From the NCBI GenBank assembly GCA_963771465.1, contig CAVYTU010000015.1, forward strand, positions 1,152,001 to 1,216,000: a DNA stretch of 64,000 nt, written 5' to 3'. Position 1 is the first letter of the stretch, and each line of letters opens with the position of its first letter. The notes beneath the pieces are model-generated. The model ran no database searches. It saw nothing but the letters and a program-made list of their open reading frames with translations, and had not been told where the DNA came from. Of this stretch, positions 30,017-40,293 are shown piece after piece. The translations under genes and the position numbers were made by a program. Source of the DNA: an uncultured delta proteobacterium (GTDB lineage Bacteria; Desulfobacterota; Binatia; UBA9968).

Positions 30017-30266
30017 CTAGAACGGATATTCATACGGCGAAGAAAGCTGACGACACGCTGTCGATCGAGGTGTGACCCTGGAGGAACCAAGGCACCGGCG
30101 CGAATATTTCATTTTATGTTCAGCTCTCGAGACGATGTTTGACGTTTTCGCTGCTGATGTCATAAGCAACTCGCCACGCTGACATCTTCAAGGCACAACG
30201 GCTTTGCCTTCGTTCCGTAAGGGGTTGCGCCTCGAGCGCAGTTTTACCGCGAATAAACCAGGCTAG
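30017..30266. mobile_element. Non-coding ~250-bp dispersed element, copy A (MITE-like or structured RNA)
   Basis: Collinear homolog of 45427-45674. CTAG at both ends within a 9-bp direct repeat gctagaacg (30016-30024, 30262-30270); long internal inverted repeat 30062-30238. Confidence 0.65.
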
Positions 30267-30277
30267 AACGACACGGA

Positions 30278-31345
30278 TCACCGCGACGGCAGCGGGCCGC
30301 TTCCAGCGAGTGCCTTGACCAGATCAATAACCTCGGGGTCGCGGGGAATTTCTCGGATCTCTTTGGTCAGTTGTTCAGCTGACACCGGTTCGACTTCGTC
30401 GCCGACGATTTTTTTATATTCGCGATGAAACTCGGTGTCTTTGAGCACCTTGCGCATCGCCTCCTCGAGAATTTCCACGCGATCCTTCGGAGTCCCGGGC
30501 AGTGCGACGTAGGGTGAACCCACTAATCTAAAGGTCCTCCATGTGTTCACGAGTTTGACCTCTCGCTGCGACTTGGCAAAGCTCTCGATCTCCGGCAGAT
30601 GACCAAGCCGTGGATGTTTAGATCCCTTGGGAATATCGATGATCGTATGAAAATCCATAAGGCCCTTTTCGATCCAATCCGGGCTTCGCCTCTGGATCGC
30701 GGTCGCGCCGTTCGCCGTCGCGTCCAATTCGCCACGCATTAGGGCAACCTCAAGATCTCCGGTGCCGCTAAAGCCGGTGACCCATTTAGAATCCTTAAGA
30801 CCCAATAGGAAAGCGAACAGCCGCGCCGCGACGTAATTGGTGTGACCCACAGACAGACCGCCGACGCGCACGCCGGAAGCGGCGCGGAGTTTCTCTAGGT
30901 TACTAAACCCGCTTTCCTTGCGTGTAAAGAAGGTAATGTGAAACGCGTGTTCCGTAGCGCCCAAGTAGATAAACTTGGAGCTGTCAAACATCACGCCACT
31001 TTCTTTAAGGACTTCTAGCGGTATGGCTGTGGCCGCGAGCACACCGATCGTCAACCCATCGGGTTTGACGTTGCCGTAAAGATGATTCGCCGCTTTGCGC
31101 CCGCCGGCGCCGGCCATGTTCTCGACGATGAGCGTCGGATTACCGGGGATGTGCTTGCGCAAAAAAGGCAGTAACGCTCTGATCCGAATGTCGCCCGATC
31201 CACCCGCGGCGACGCCTGAAACTACCGTTATTGTCTTGCCTTGATAGAACGGCGTCTGAGCCGAACCGTCTGTGCGACAAAAAACCAACGAGGCGGTGAA
31301 AAGCATCGCTACACTTAGCGTTTTACTTAAGCGCGTTTCAGTCAT
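30278..31345 (-). CDS. Tripartite tricarboxylate transporter (Bug/TctC-like) substrate-binding protein
   Basis: 'FYQGKTITVV...GGSGD', 'HIPGNPTLIVENMAGAGG', 'KPDGLTIG', 'ALMRGELD', 'PGTPKDRV'. Confidence 0.82.
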   Translation of the reverse strand: MTETRLSKTLSVAMLFTASLVFCRTDGSAQTPFYQGKTITVVSGVAAGGSGDIRIRALLPFLRKHIPGNPTLIVENMAGAGGRKAANHLYGNVKPDGLTIGVLAATAIPLEVLKESGVMFDSSKFIYLGATEHAFHITFFTRKESGFSNLEKLRAASGVRVGGLSVGHTNYVAARLFAFLLGLKDSKWVTGFSGTGDLEVALMRGELDATANGATAIQRRSPDWIEKGLMDFHTIIDIPKGSKHPRLGHLPEIESFAKSQREVKLVNTWRTFRLVGSPYVALPGTPKDRVEILEEAMRKVLKDTEFHREYKKIVGDEVEPVSAEQLTKEIREIPRDPEVIDLVKALAGSGPLPSR

Positions 31346-31397
31346 GGTTCCCTCATCGTGAATAAATAATTTCAGCGCCGACGATCAATTGCCCGGA

Positions 31398-32414
31398 TCA
31401 CTTGGCCGCTTTTGCATTCACCATCGCCAACGCTTTGCCGTGATAGGATGCATCGTAGTACCGGTCCGGCGCCGGCGCCTTGCCACCCCAACTGCCCTCG
31501 ACCTCGGCGCGGAATTTAAGCACGTTGCTAAAACGTTCAACGTCGATCGCCGCGTCTTTGGCCAAACCGTTGGCTCCCACGTCCATTTCGTAAATTCCCG
31601 TTGCTAGTTCGCGCGACATTTTGCGCTGGCGCAGAACCATATCGATCACTTTGTCTTTGTTTGCCGGATTAAGCAGCCAGCGCTGCGCCTCGATCTGCGC
31701 TGCGAGGTAGCGAATCAGCAGATCGCTATTTTCCTTAGCCCACTGGCGGCGCGTGAAAACACCGTAACGCAGCGTCGGTCCGAAGATGTTCGCCGTTGTC
31801 GCCAGGCTCACCAAGCCGTCCTGGCGCGCCTGCGCCGCCGTCTGTCCAGACGCCATCGTAGCGGCGAATTCTTTTTGCTTCAGCATCGCCGCGATGCGCG
31901 CCGATGTGCCGCCGACTTCCTTCATCTGATAATCGGTTCCTGCGTTGAGCCCAACGGTTGAGAGAATTTTTTTGAGCGCCAGCGCGTTCTGGGTGTTCGG
32001 CGCGTCCACGATAACGATCTTGCCGCGCAGATCGGCGAGTGTTTTGATTTCAGGCTGGGCCACCAGCTCAGTCGGTGTGTAATCGGTCGCGGCAACGAGT
32101 ATCACATCGACACCGGCGTTTTCTACCATCGCGATGGCGTTGTCGATACCATAATCGGCTAGATCCAATTCACCGGACGCAAGCCACTTGCGCACTTCAT
32201 CCGAACCACCCGACGCCGAACGCGGAATCTGAATCTGCAAACCATACTTCGCGAAAAGCCCGTTCGCTTGCGCGATCGAAGTCGTAAAACTTCCGCCGCC
32301 GAGTTTTATAGTTTTGAGATTAGCTTCTTGCCCGAACGCGATAGCGCGACCGAAAATCCCCACCGTCATGACCACAATCGCAATCATTAGATACGTTATC
32401 AGTTTCAATTTCAT
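31398..32414 (-). CDS. ABC substrate-binding protein, SsuA/NMT1-like
   Basis: Signal peptide from the ATG at 32414; 'GLFAKYGL', 'DLRGKIVIVDAPNT', 'VGGTSAR'. Confidence 0.8.
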   Translation of the reverse strand: MKLKLITYLMIAIVVMTVGIFGRAIAFGQEANLKTIKLGGGSFTTSIAQANGLFAKYGLQIQIPRSASGGSDEVRKWLASGELDLADYGIDNAIAMVENAGVDVILVAATDYTPTELVAQPEIKTLADLRGKIVIVDAPNTQNALALKKILSTVGLNAGTDYQMKEVGGTSARIAAMLKQKEFAATMASGQTAAQARQDGLVSLATTANIFGPTLRYGVFTRRQWAKENSDLLIRYLAAQIEAQRWLLNPANKDKVIDMVLRQRKMSRELATGIYEMDVGANGLAKDAAIDVERFSNVLKFRAEVEGSWGGKAPAPDRYYDASYHGKALAMVNAKAAK

Positions 32415-32544
32415 GGTTTTGACTCCCGTGGCACTGTGGGCGCTGAAAAATTCGAACGAGGACCTCATCTTAAACAAACCCTCCGTGCGCTATTTCCCTA
32501 TGAGAATATGGCTTCACAGTAAAGCGGATGCGCTTATTTTTTCG

Positions 32545-33903
32545 CTACTCAGGGAAAAAGCGCGGTAGCACCGCAGCAGGCTCAGTTGTTGGCGCAATCC
32601 TGGAGCCAATCGGCAGAGGCTGTTCGCGCAGCATATGGGCGATGAGCACCTCGCGGACACGCTCGATGTCCAGTCCAGCCATAGCCGGTTGTCCGGCAAC
32701 TTCCGCGAGCACCTTATCGACGTCTTGCATCATCTTCCACTGCTTAAAGAGATCGTCACGCTGTATGTCCATGGCTTCTCCGACGAGTTCAAGGAAGTTG
32801 ACGATCTTGAACGGATACGTCGATTCATGAGCGCATAGCTCGCGATGGCACGCGTGGTAAATGCCGACAAGGCAGTCGACGCCGGCGGCCTCGGCTGCGG
32901 CGAGCTCTCGGGCATGAAGCTCGCGCTTGTAATCGGCTATAGGCGCGAGCGAGTTGCACATGTAGCCAACTCGCGGCTGTTCGAGATCGACAAGCTCGAT
33001 CCCCGGGATCGCCGTGAGAATCTTGACGGCACCTTCGGTCACGCCGGCTACGCCCGGATGCTCGTGCAGCGCAACGCGCTTGTTGACAGGACGAATGAAT
33101 TGCGAGCGCAAACGATCAATCCGCGCGGCGATGTAAGGGACGACATGCCCCAAGGCAAAGCCAGCTTCCGTGCTCGGCACGACGATTTCGCTGAGTTGGA
33201 TATTACATGTCGGGCACCAGGTGAGGACCTGCGCGGCGCCGGTGCCGGCAAAACCGGCCACCGTGTTGCCGCCGATGCGTCCCGACGCCTTAGTATCGCC
33301 GGCGCGGTATTGAATGACACCGCAACAGTTGGCCGGACCGCCGAAGACTTTGTAGCGTGTCCCGAGCCGATCCAAGACCTCCAGGCAGAGGAGCGCGATG
33401 TGCGGCGTCTTGAGGACATTGCAGCCAAGATACATCACGACCTCGGGCGGAGGCCCGCTGTCGGCGCGGGCTGACCGGATCATGCCAGCAAGTAAATCGG
33501 CGGGGAGCTGTAGACGTGACAGCACCTTCACTCCTTCGGACATTTTTTGGAATCCCGCTTGCCCGGTGGCGTGGCGCTCGCTCGCCGCGCGCCGCTCATT
33601 GATCCTCAAGCGGGTGGCGGCCAACATGAAGCGTGGATTGACGCCGTCGTCGCAGGCAGAGATACAGCGGCCCGAGCCGGTGCAGGTGCTCGCCCAGCGG
33701 GCGCCGCGGCTCGACGGGTCCCCGCCGCCGCGGAGAATATCCAGCACATCGCCAACAATTGCAGTGGGCTCGCGGGTGTCGATACCCGCGGGACCGGCGG
33801 TCGGACAGACCTCGACGCATTTGCCGCAGCGGGTGCAGCGGTCGATAATCTCGCCTATCCTAGCATCAAGTGAGGCGGCAAAGGCATCAGCGTGATCGGT
33901 CAT
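32545..33903 (-). CDS. Fe-S oxidoreductase (4Fe-4S dicluster plus CCG domains; GlpC/HdrD-like)
   Basis: 'CTRCGKCVEVCP', 'CTGSGRCISAC', 'YLGCN', 'NCCG', 'CPTC', 'YHACH'. Confidence 0.8.
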   Translation of the reverse strand: MTDHADAFAASLDARIGEIIDRCTRCGKCVEVCPTAGPAGIDTREPTAIVGDVLDILRGGGDPSSRGARWASTCTGSGRCISACDDGVNPRFMLAATRLRINERRAASERHATGQAGFQKMSEGVKVLSRLQLPADLLAGMIRSARADSGPPPEVVMYLGCNVLKTPHIALLCLEVLDRLGTRYKVFGGPANCCGVIQYRAGDTKASGRIGGNTVAGFAGTGAAQVLTWCPTCNIQLSEIVVPSTEAGFALGHVVPYIAARIDRLRSQFIRPVNKRVALHEHPGVAGVTEGAVKILTAIPGIELVDLEQPRVGYMCNSLAPIADYKRELHARELAAAEAAGVDCLVGIYHACHRELCAHESTYPFKIVNFLELVGEAMDIQRDDLFKQWKMMQDVDKVLAEVAGQPAMAGLDIERVREVLIAHMLREQPLPIGSRIAPTTEPAAVLPRFFPE

Positions 33904-33945
33904 GGATTCTCCAAATGAATCATGGCAATTTTTTTTACCGCGCTG

Positions 33946-35073
33946 CTATTTGTTCAGTTTGCCAAAAATCTCGTTAAACAACTTATCAGCGGGCCGGCGG
34001 TCAGCAGTATTGTCGTCGTCGGAATCAAAGTAATCGACGTTATCCTTTCTCTGCATTTCTTCCGGCACATCGTTCTTGGGAATATCGATGCGCAGCGAAT
34101 TCGAACCGGTGCGCGGCCGTCCCTTGCGCCCCTTCTGAACTTGCGCTTGTCCGTCGCGCGATAAGAGCCAATTAACGAAAACCTTCGCTGCGTTGGGATG
34201 CGGCGCGTTTTGCAGCAAGCTCAACGTCCCGCCCGACGAACTCAATGTGCCACCTTCTTTCAAACTAAGAATCTGACTGACGGGCAGACCCTGATCCATC
34301 GCCTTGTCCATCTCATTCGACACGCACGGAATGCACAGCGAAAACTTTCCCGCCGCCAGCCAATCGACCGGCTGGCGGTAATCGCGCGCGATCGAAACAT
34401 CCATCTCGCCGTAGAGTTTTCGAATAAACTCAGTTCCTAGCTTGGCGTGGTAGTAGAAAAATAGCACCGGATTGTCCATGCCGCGCATGCGCGGATCGGT
34501 AGCGACGATCTTGCCTTTCCATTTGGGCTGAATCAGATCCCAGTAAGAGCTAAACTCGCCCGGGTTGACCAGTTTGGCATTGTAATTGATCTCCACTCCG
34601 CCGGCGTTACCGATGTAGGCAAAGACATATTTATTTTCCGGATCGACGTACTTGTGCGCACCACGCCACCACTTCGTTTCATCCAAGACGTCCGGAAGCA
34701 AAAGAATCGGCTTGATCGGATCGAGAATTTTGCCGACGTAAAGCGTCGCATATGCCGTGCCTTTGCCGCCGGCGAAAAGATCGGCGATATATTTCCCGGC
34801 GCGTCGCTCCGCGACCAGCCGCGGCCCAAGATCGTTGCCACGGCCGCGCAGTTGGCTGACTTTGATCTTCGGGTACGCGCGCTCAAAAGCGTAAACCGCC
34901 TCCTCTGTCAGCGGCCCGGCATCGAAGATATAAATACTGACGACGCCTTCTTTCTCCGCCGCCGCAACGGTCTTGTCCCACTCGGCACGCCACGCAGGTT
35001 TAGATTCCGCGGCGAAACCAAAGGTGGCGTTGAGTAATAGTGATGAGATAAGCAACAATAATGTCGACTTCAT
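33946..35073 (-). CDS. ABC substrate-binding protein, Fe3+/thiamine-type
   Basis: Signal peptide from the ATG at 35073; 'WDKTVAAAEKEGVV', 'PKWKGKI', 'APHPNAAKVFVNWLLSRDGQ'. Confidence 0.85.
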   Translation of the reverse strand: MKSTLLLLISSLLLNATFGFAAESKPAWRAEWDKTVAAAEKEGVVSIYIFDAGPLTEEAVYAFERAYPKIKVSQLRGRGNDLGPRLVAERRAGKYIADLFAGGKGTAYATLYVGKILDPIKPILLLPDVLDETKWWRGAHKYVDPENKYVFAYIGNAGGVEINYNAKLVNPGEFSSYWDLIQPKWKGKIVATDPRMRGMDNPVLFFYYHAKLGTEFIRKLYGEMDVSIARDYRQPVDWLAAGKFSLCIPCVSNEMDKAMDQGLPVSQILSLKEGGTLSSSGGTLSLLQNAPHPNAAKVFVNWLLSRDGQAQVQKGRKGRPRTGSNSLRIDIPKNDVPEEMQRKDNVDYFDSDDDNTADRRPADKLFNEIFGKLNK

Positions 35074-35290
35074 GAGTCTCCCGCACGGGAATGGCAGTTC
35101 GAAAAGAAGCTTCCACTGCTCTGCTACATTCCGATTGGTTCTGACAGGCACACTATTAGACAACGCTTTGCTAAGTCAACGTTGTGCGCTGCTCGTACAA
35201 GTGACAATGCGACCCGTGCGCGTTGGCCACGAGAATTGGATAGCTGGGGAATACAATCGACTGCGACAAGTCCGCCGGACTATTTATTAT

Positions 35291-36290
35291 TTATCTTACG
35301 GCGAAAGTGTCATTGTAGAGCTTGATGTAGCGATTGAAGTCGCTGTACATTTCCGGCGACCCAAATGCCGGCTTAATCCCTTCGACAAGGCGCGCAAGCT
35401 CTGGCGGAGTGTCGATGCGATCCGGAATGCGTTTTTGCGCTCGTAGGATTTCCTGGCCGGTCTTGGACAGTAAGAAATCGATAAAAAGTTTTCCCGCGTT
35501 CGGATTAGGCGCTTTGGCAGAAAGCGCTACCGGATGGAGATTGGCGTAAACCGGATCGAGCGCAACCCAGTCCACCGGAGCGCCGCGTTGTTTTAGCGTT
35601 TCAAAGTTCTGCGAGTAGGCAGTCAGAGCCAGCTTGAACTCTCCGGCCGCCACCAGTTCTGAGACCAACTCTCGCCCGTTGCGTAATTGTGGATTGTTTT
35701 TTGCCAGCTGGCGCATCAAGCTGAGGCCCTTCTCCTCTCCCAGGCCGCGAATCACGACGGCGAACCACTCGTAAGACTTCGCATCGAGCCCGATCTGTCC
35801 GAACCAAACACGCTTCAATAAATCCGCATAAGATTTCGGCACGTCTTCTTTAGCGACTAATTTGGTGTTGTATCCAGCGACCGCGTAGTTGGTGTAAATC
35901 GATGTCCACGTTCCGCGGGGATCCTTGTAACCTTCACGGTAAAATCGCGACTCGGGCGACTCGTAAACAGCCAGCATGCTCTTCTCACTAAGCAGGTGGG
36001 TATAAATCGCCGAATTCATGAAGACATCCCAAAGATGTCTCCCCGCCCGAGCTTCAGTAAAGATGCGCTCCACCAGCTGAGGACCACCGGTGCGGAAATA
36101 CTCGGCCGCGATCTTTGGGTAACGCCGGCGAAACTCGTCCACCAGCATCTTTGCGTCGGCCGACCCGATGGTCGTGTACCAGACCATCTTCTTTTCGGCT
36201 TCCGCCGCCTCCTTCCATTGTGATCCCCAGCGCGACCTGCGGAGCCAGAGAGATTCCGAGCAATAACCAGAGCCAAATTTTTGCTACCAT
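35291..36290 (-). CDS. ABC substrate-binding protein, Fe3+/thiamine-type; +1 frameshift near 36215
   Basis: Signal peptide in ORF 36054-36290 joins 'EAAEAEKKMVWYTT...GAPVDW...APNPNAGKLFIDFLLS' after removal of one base. Confidence 0.8.
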
Positions 36291-36310
36291 GGACTCACCC
36301 TCGCGTTCAC

Positions 36311-37061
36311 CTATGGCATATTCTCAAGTAACAAACCTCGACCGTTGATGGGCTGCCTCACGTGCAAGCGTTTCTCGATCGCCCAAACCCTGGCGGCAAC
36401 AGCGCAGACCACCGGAATTTGTAAATCCTGTTCCAAAAGCGGAACCACATCGAGCATACGCCAGCCGGAACCAATCAGACAAATCCCATCGGCCGTCGGA
36501 TTTTGCAAATAGAGCTTCCGCGCGAAGTCGTATGCCTCAAAGGGCGACACGCTGCCAATCTCGGTAAATGCTACCGGGAAACCGGTTACCGCTAACACCT
36601 GAAACCCAGCGTCGGAAAAATAACTGGAGTATTTTGCCAATCGACCACCACTGTTGCCATCGTCATAGGAGCTGATCACTAGCAGTCGCTTGATTCCGAG
36701 CGCCTTGGTTGCTTCGACGAGAACCATTCCCGTCGTGACGATCGGCGTGGAATATTTCGCTTCCAATTCTTGGACGATCTCCTCCGAACGCTGATACCCT
36801 TTCTGAACGAAAAGGGGCGCGCCTTCCGGATGAATGATGTCCACGTTCATTTCCGCCAATTGGGCGATGATCTTCTCCGCGCCGGCAAAGGCGTCGACAA
36901 ATTCTTCCTCCAGTCCCTGCTTTGACGCCGACAAACATGGGAATGACGCCGATCCCCTCTGGAAGAAGTCGAATAAATTCTTCCAGTGAACCCGGGCGAT
37001 AAGTGGGTTTGATAACCCCGACAACACCGCGCCAACAGCCAGTAAAAGTTTTCTTGGCCAT
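36311..37061 (-). CDS. Asp/Glu racemase-maleate isomerase-arylmalonate decarboxylase superfamily protein; +1 frameshift near 36915
   Basis: 'WRGVVGVIKPT..PGSLEEFIRLLPEG' joins '...VEATKALGIKRL...LEQDLQIPVV'. Confidence 0.78.
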
Positions 37062-37156
37062 CTTAGATTTTCGCTTACTTAAGTTTTCGATTCATCAAGC
37101 CGCCGTCCTTTGAAATCGAGCGTTATACTGTTGCCCGCGTCTCCAAACAGCTCGTG

Positions 37157-37192
37157 GAAAAAATGGAACGAGCAGGGTCAAACCCCTGCTCG
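37157..37192 (-). terminator. Intrinsic terminator after the DUF1566 gene
   Basis: Stem cgagcaggg/ccctgctcg (37169-37192) followed by ttccatttttt on the minus strand. Confidence 0.6.
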
Positions 37193-37218
37193 CTCAACAT
37201 CATCAAATCGCTAATAAG

Positions 37219-37791
37219 TCATTTAGTATCAACACCCAGTCCACCGCGAACACACCAGACGAAGTTCTCGGCGGTCTTAACCATGGCTTCCGGACCTCCG
37301 GCAAGGGGAAAGAAGTCGAAGTTCACTTCCCACGCTCTAGCGCTATCGCCGGCATCGGTAGTAGCCGACCAATAGAGCTCCGCCAGCACATCGCTAAAAG
37401 GATGGCCAACGGGTAAGTCTGGATCCCCGCCAGCATTACTAGGATCTATCAGACTCGCTAACTCATGGACTGTCGGTAGCCTCCAACCTTTACGATTACC
37501 CACAGCCTTGACGTTGCAAACGATTTGAGCATCAACCCAGTTTTTCGGTGTTGTTTTGTCTGGCGACTGCTCCCAGACAAGCCCGGTCTCTTTGTCTAAA
37601 ACACCTGCGCCACTCATCACCAGCACAAACCTCTCTGTGGCCGGCAATATCTGGCTCCAGGCGGGCGGAATCCGATTTATCGCATCCAGAACGTTTTGAA
37701 TGAGTAACCGAGGGAGCCACTGCCGCGAACACCGGCGAGGCAAATAGACAAAGGCAAATGCGGCGATCAGAATAGAATAAAGTTTCTTCAT
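37219..37791 (-). CDS. Secreted DUF1566 (Lcl, C-type-lectin-like fold) protein
   Basis: AAGGAG RBS; 'VLDKETGLVWEQ', 'GWRLPTVHELASL', 'YWSATT', 'AWEVNF', 'VWCVRG'. Two compensating indels are possible just after the signal peptide. Confidence 0.85.
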   Translation of the reverse strand: MKKLYSILIAAFAFVYLPRRCSRQWLPRLLIQNVLDAINRIPPAWSQILPATERFVLVMSGAGVLDKETGLVWEQSPDKTTPKNWVDAQIVCNVKAVGNRKGWRLPTVHELASLIDPSNAGGDPDLPVGHPFSDVLAELYWSATTDAGDSARAWEVNFDFFPLAGGPEAMVKTAENFVWCVRGGLGVDTK

Positions 37792-38105
37792 GGTGGTGCT
37801 CCTTTTTTAAGTTTTAACTTGGTGATTGAGGGGCGCAAAAAGCTTGACCTGGCAAGGGGACACTGGCGGCCCCCGGGCGACGAGCGAGCGCTGCTGTAAC
37901 CAGATCAAAAATATTTTTGCGCGAGTACTCACCAATGTCCTCGCTGCCAACATGACAATCTTGCCGGTGTGGAATCTGCGCCGAGCGTGGCGTATGGCTT
38001 GCGCCACGCAGCGGCCTCCGTTACGGGCTTTTACTACGCCGACTCCTTAATAGTCGGGCAGCATTTCCGATTGCAACCGTCCGAAACGGCAGCAAGCTGC
38101 GGGGT

Positions 38106-38224
38106 ATCAGACCTCCGCGATGAGATTTATCTCTACGGCGTCACCGCCGAATGCATTTATCGGGGGTCCAATCCCGAACCCGCCTGGATTCCCGCTTAAA
38201 ACATGCGGGAATGACGGACTTCAG
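38106..38224. repeat. REP-like element (GTCATTCCCGC...GCGGGAATCCAG family), copy 1
   Basis: Minus strand 'gtcattcccgcatgttttaagcgggaatccag...ggacccccgat...attcggcggtgacg' forms two opposed hairpins; a degenerate copy lies at 52228-52313. Confidence 0.7.
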
Positions 38225-38359
38225 ATAGGTGATTACTGTAAGCGGCGAGCTGCGGGAAATCGATCCACAGCGATTGATTCGGTCCGTGTGCGACCGGATC
38301 AGGAAGGGGGCGAGGACTCAATTACGCGGCCAACTCAGTTACATTGCACTTGCTTTCCT

Positions 38360-39373
38360 TTACTTCTCGTAGAGCCGTTTGATAAACCCGCTCGCCTCTA
38401 TCTCCCGGGCAATCTTGTACGAGACGAATTGTGCTGGATCGGCGTTCTTGGCCGCGGGAAGCGTGCTTGATATTTCCGCCAGAATTGTCCGGATGCCTTC
38501 GAGCGTCGGAACCGGCAATGGCAGATACTTGCTTGCGGAACTTGCGTAAGCATCCTCCAGCACCTCGCGGTCGTCGTTGCGGGTATATTTCTTCAACACC
38601 GTCAGCGCGACTTCTTTGTTGCGCTTGAAGTCATGGATCGCTTCGATATAGGCGAGCGTGAATTCTTTCACGAGCGCTTCGTTTTTCTGGAGATAAGACT
38701 TCGTCGTGCCGATGGCCGACGTCGGATAATGCAGCCCCAGATCGGCGAGATCTCCCAGTTCACGAAAGCCGGCTTTGCGTGCGACCAGCGACGAGGTGCC
38801 GCTCATCACCCCGGCGTCGAGCATTTTGGTCTGCATGGCGCGGACAATGTCTTGTGATGTGCCGATTTGCAAAATATTGACATCGCGGTCGGGATTAAGT
38901 CCCCATTTTTTCAGCGCCAGCCGGACGGCGAAATCCGAAGTCGCGCCGTAGCGGCTGACGCCCAATTTTTTGCCTTTGAGTTGCGCCGGGGTGGAAATAT
39001 CCGGCGCGCCGAAAACCTTGAAAACAAATCCGTTGATGAGAGCAGAAAGCAACACGGTGTCGGCCCCCTGCAATGCGGCTTGCACCAAGCCGGAACCTGA
39101 GAGCGACGCAATTTCCAAATCTTTGGCGATCAGCGCCCGCAACGACACCGATCCGGTGCCCATGCCGACGAGCACCACATCGAGACCGTGCTTCTCAAAT
39201 AATTTGGTTTCCTTGCCATACCATAATATCTGGGCGCCGCCGTCGGTCGAACCATAACCGGACATGACTTTGATGAGCGGTTTCGCCTGCGCCGTCAACT
39301 CAGCTGGAGCATGAGCACCAAGAAAAACTATGATAACTGCCGCTGTTAGTAGACCGCGGCCATTTGTCCACAT
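38360..39373 (-). CDS. ABC substrate-binding protein, SsuA/NMT1-like
   Basis: GGAGG RBS and ATG at 39373; 'LFEKHGLDV', 'LKGKKLGVSRYGATSD', 'GLNPDRDV', 'EASGFIKRLY'. Confidence 0.85.
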   Translation of the reverse strand: MWTNGRGLLTAAVIIVFLGAHAPAELTAQAKPLIKVMSGYGSTDGGAQILWYGKETKLFEKHGLDVVLVGMGTGSVSLRALIAKDLEIASLSGSGLVQAALQGADTVLLSALINGFVFKVFGAPDISTPAQLKGKKLGVSRYGATSDFAVRLALKKWGLNPDRDVNILQIGTSQDIVRAMQTKMLDAGVMSGTSSLVARKAGFRELGDLADLGLHYPTSAIGTTKSYLQKNEALVKEFTLAYIEAIHDFKRNKEVALTVLKKYTRNDDREVLEDAYASSASKYLPLPVPTLEGIRTILAEISSTLPAAKNADPAQFVSYKIAREIEASGFIKRLYEK

Positions 39374-39477
39374 GATCAAACCTCCATCACGACAGCAGCC
39401 CAGCCGGCGACAAAATAATTTGTCGGCGTCAAAACCACTCTCGTCGGGCCCGGAAAAATTGCAATAACATTGGTTGG

Positions 39478-40293
39478 TTAATGCCCGCGGATGAACTCCA
39501 ACACATTGCGGTTGAAAACTTCGGGCTGTTCCCAGTTGATCGAGTGAGATGCCTCGGGCACGACTATGAATTTCGCGCCGGGGATATGGGCGAGCTGGCG
39601 GCGCATGACCCAGGGCGGACACTGCAGGTCTTGATCTCCGGGCATCAGTAGTGTCGGCACGCGAATCGTTGCGAGCTTCTCGAACGTGATCGTCGTGCGC
39701 TGGGCTTGCGCCGGCACGCCTTTATGTTGCGAGTTGTGATGAATTTCTAGCCAGCGCTTGAGGCCGTCGGGATTGGTCGCCATGTAACCCATGCTCACTT
39801 CGCGAAACTCCGGCGGCCAGTTAGAAAAATTCGGCAGCACTGTCTTCGCGCGAAGCTCACGCAACTCTTCGTCGACGATGGCGCCGCCGCTGGCGGCGAC
39901 GACTAGGCTGCGCAGCCGCTCGGGATGCCAGAGAGCGTAGTCATAGGCGGCGAAGCCACCGCCCGCCACGCCGACGAGATGGAATCGGTCGAGTTTCAGG
40001 TATTCAATCAGGTCGTTCAGATCATCGGCGATGGTGCCGGGCTGTTTACCCGTCTCTGGATTCGCCCGACTGCGGCCCCACCCGCGCCGATCAAAAGTGA
40101 TGACCCGATAGCCCGCCTCGACGAAACCCGGAATATTATATTGCCAGCTGTCGGCATTGCCGGTGTTGGCATGCAGCAACACCAGTGGCACGCCTACACC
40201 ACAACTGTCCGTGTACCACAGTCGCACGCCCGGCAGGTCGGCGTATCCTGCGAAACTCAGGTTAGAAGTTTGTGTAGTGGCTTCCACAATCAA
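39478..40293 (-). CDS. Alpha/beta hydrolase-fold protein with Ala at the nucleophile position
   Basis: 'LHANTG', 'FDRRGWGRS', elbow 'LVGVAGGG', 'GDQD', 'ASHSINWEQP'. Confidence 0.85.
   Translation of the reverse strand: MIVEATTQTSNLSFAGYADLPGVRLWYTDSCGVGVPLVLLHANTGNADSWQYNIPGFVEAGYRVITFDRRGWGRSRANPETGKQPGTIADDLNDLIEYLKLDRFHLVGVAGGGFAAYDYALWHPERLRSLVVAASGGAIVDEELRELRAKTVLPNFSNWPPEFREVSMGYMATNPDGLKRWLEIHHNSQHKGVPAQAQRTTITFEKLATIRVPTLLMPGDQDLQCPPWVMRRQLAHIPGAKFIVVPEASHSINWEQPEVFNRNVLEFIRGH

Noticed and set aside
30062-30238. 6S RNA or another known ncRNA
   Set aside because: Size is similar, but I cannot see the central bubble plus apical stem, and homology extends to CTAG-bounded flanks. It cannot be assigned without a covariance-model search.
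37219-38100. Diversity-generating retroelement targeting the DUF1566 gene
   Set aside because: DUF1566/CLec proteins can be DGR targets, but I found no adenine-variant template repeat or reverse transcriptase in the window.
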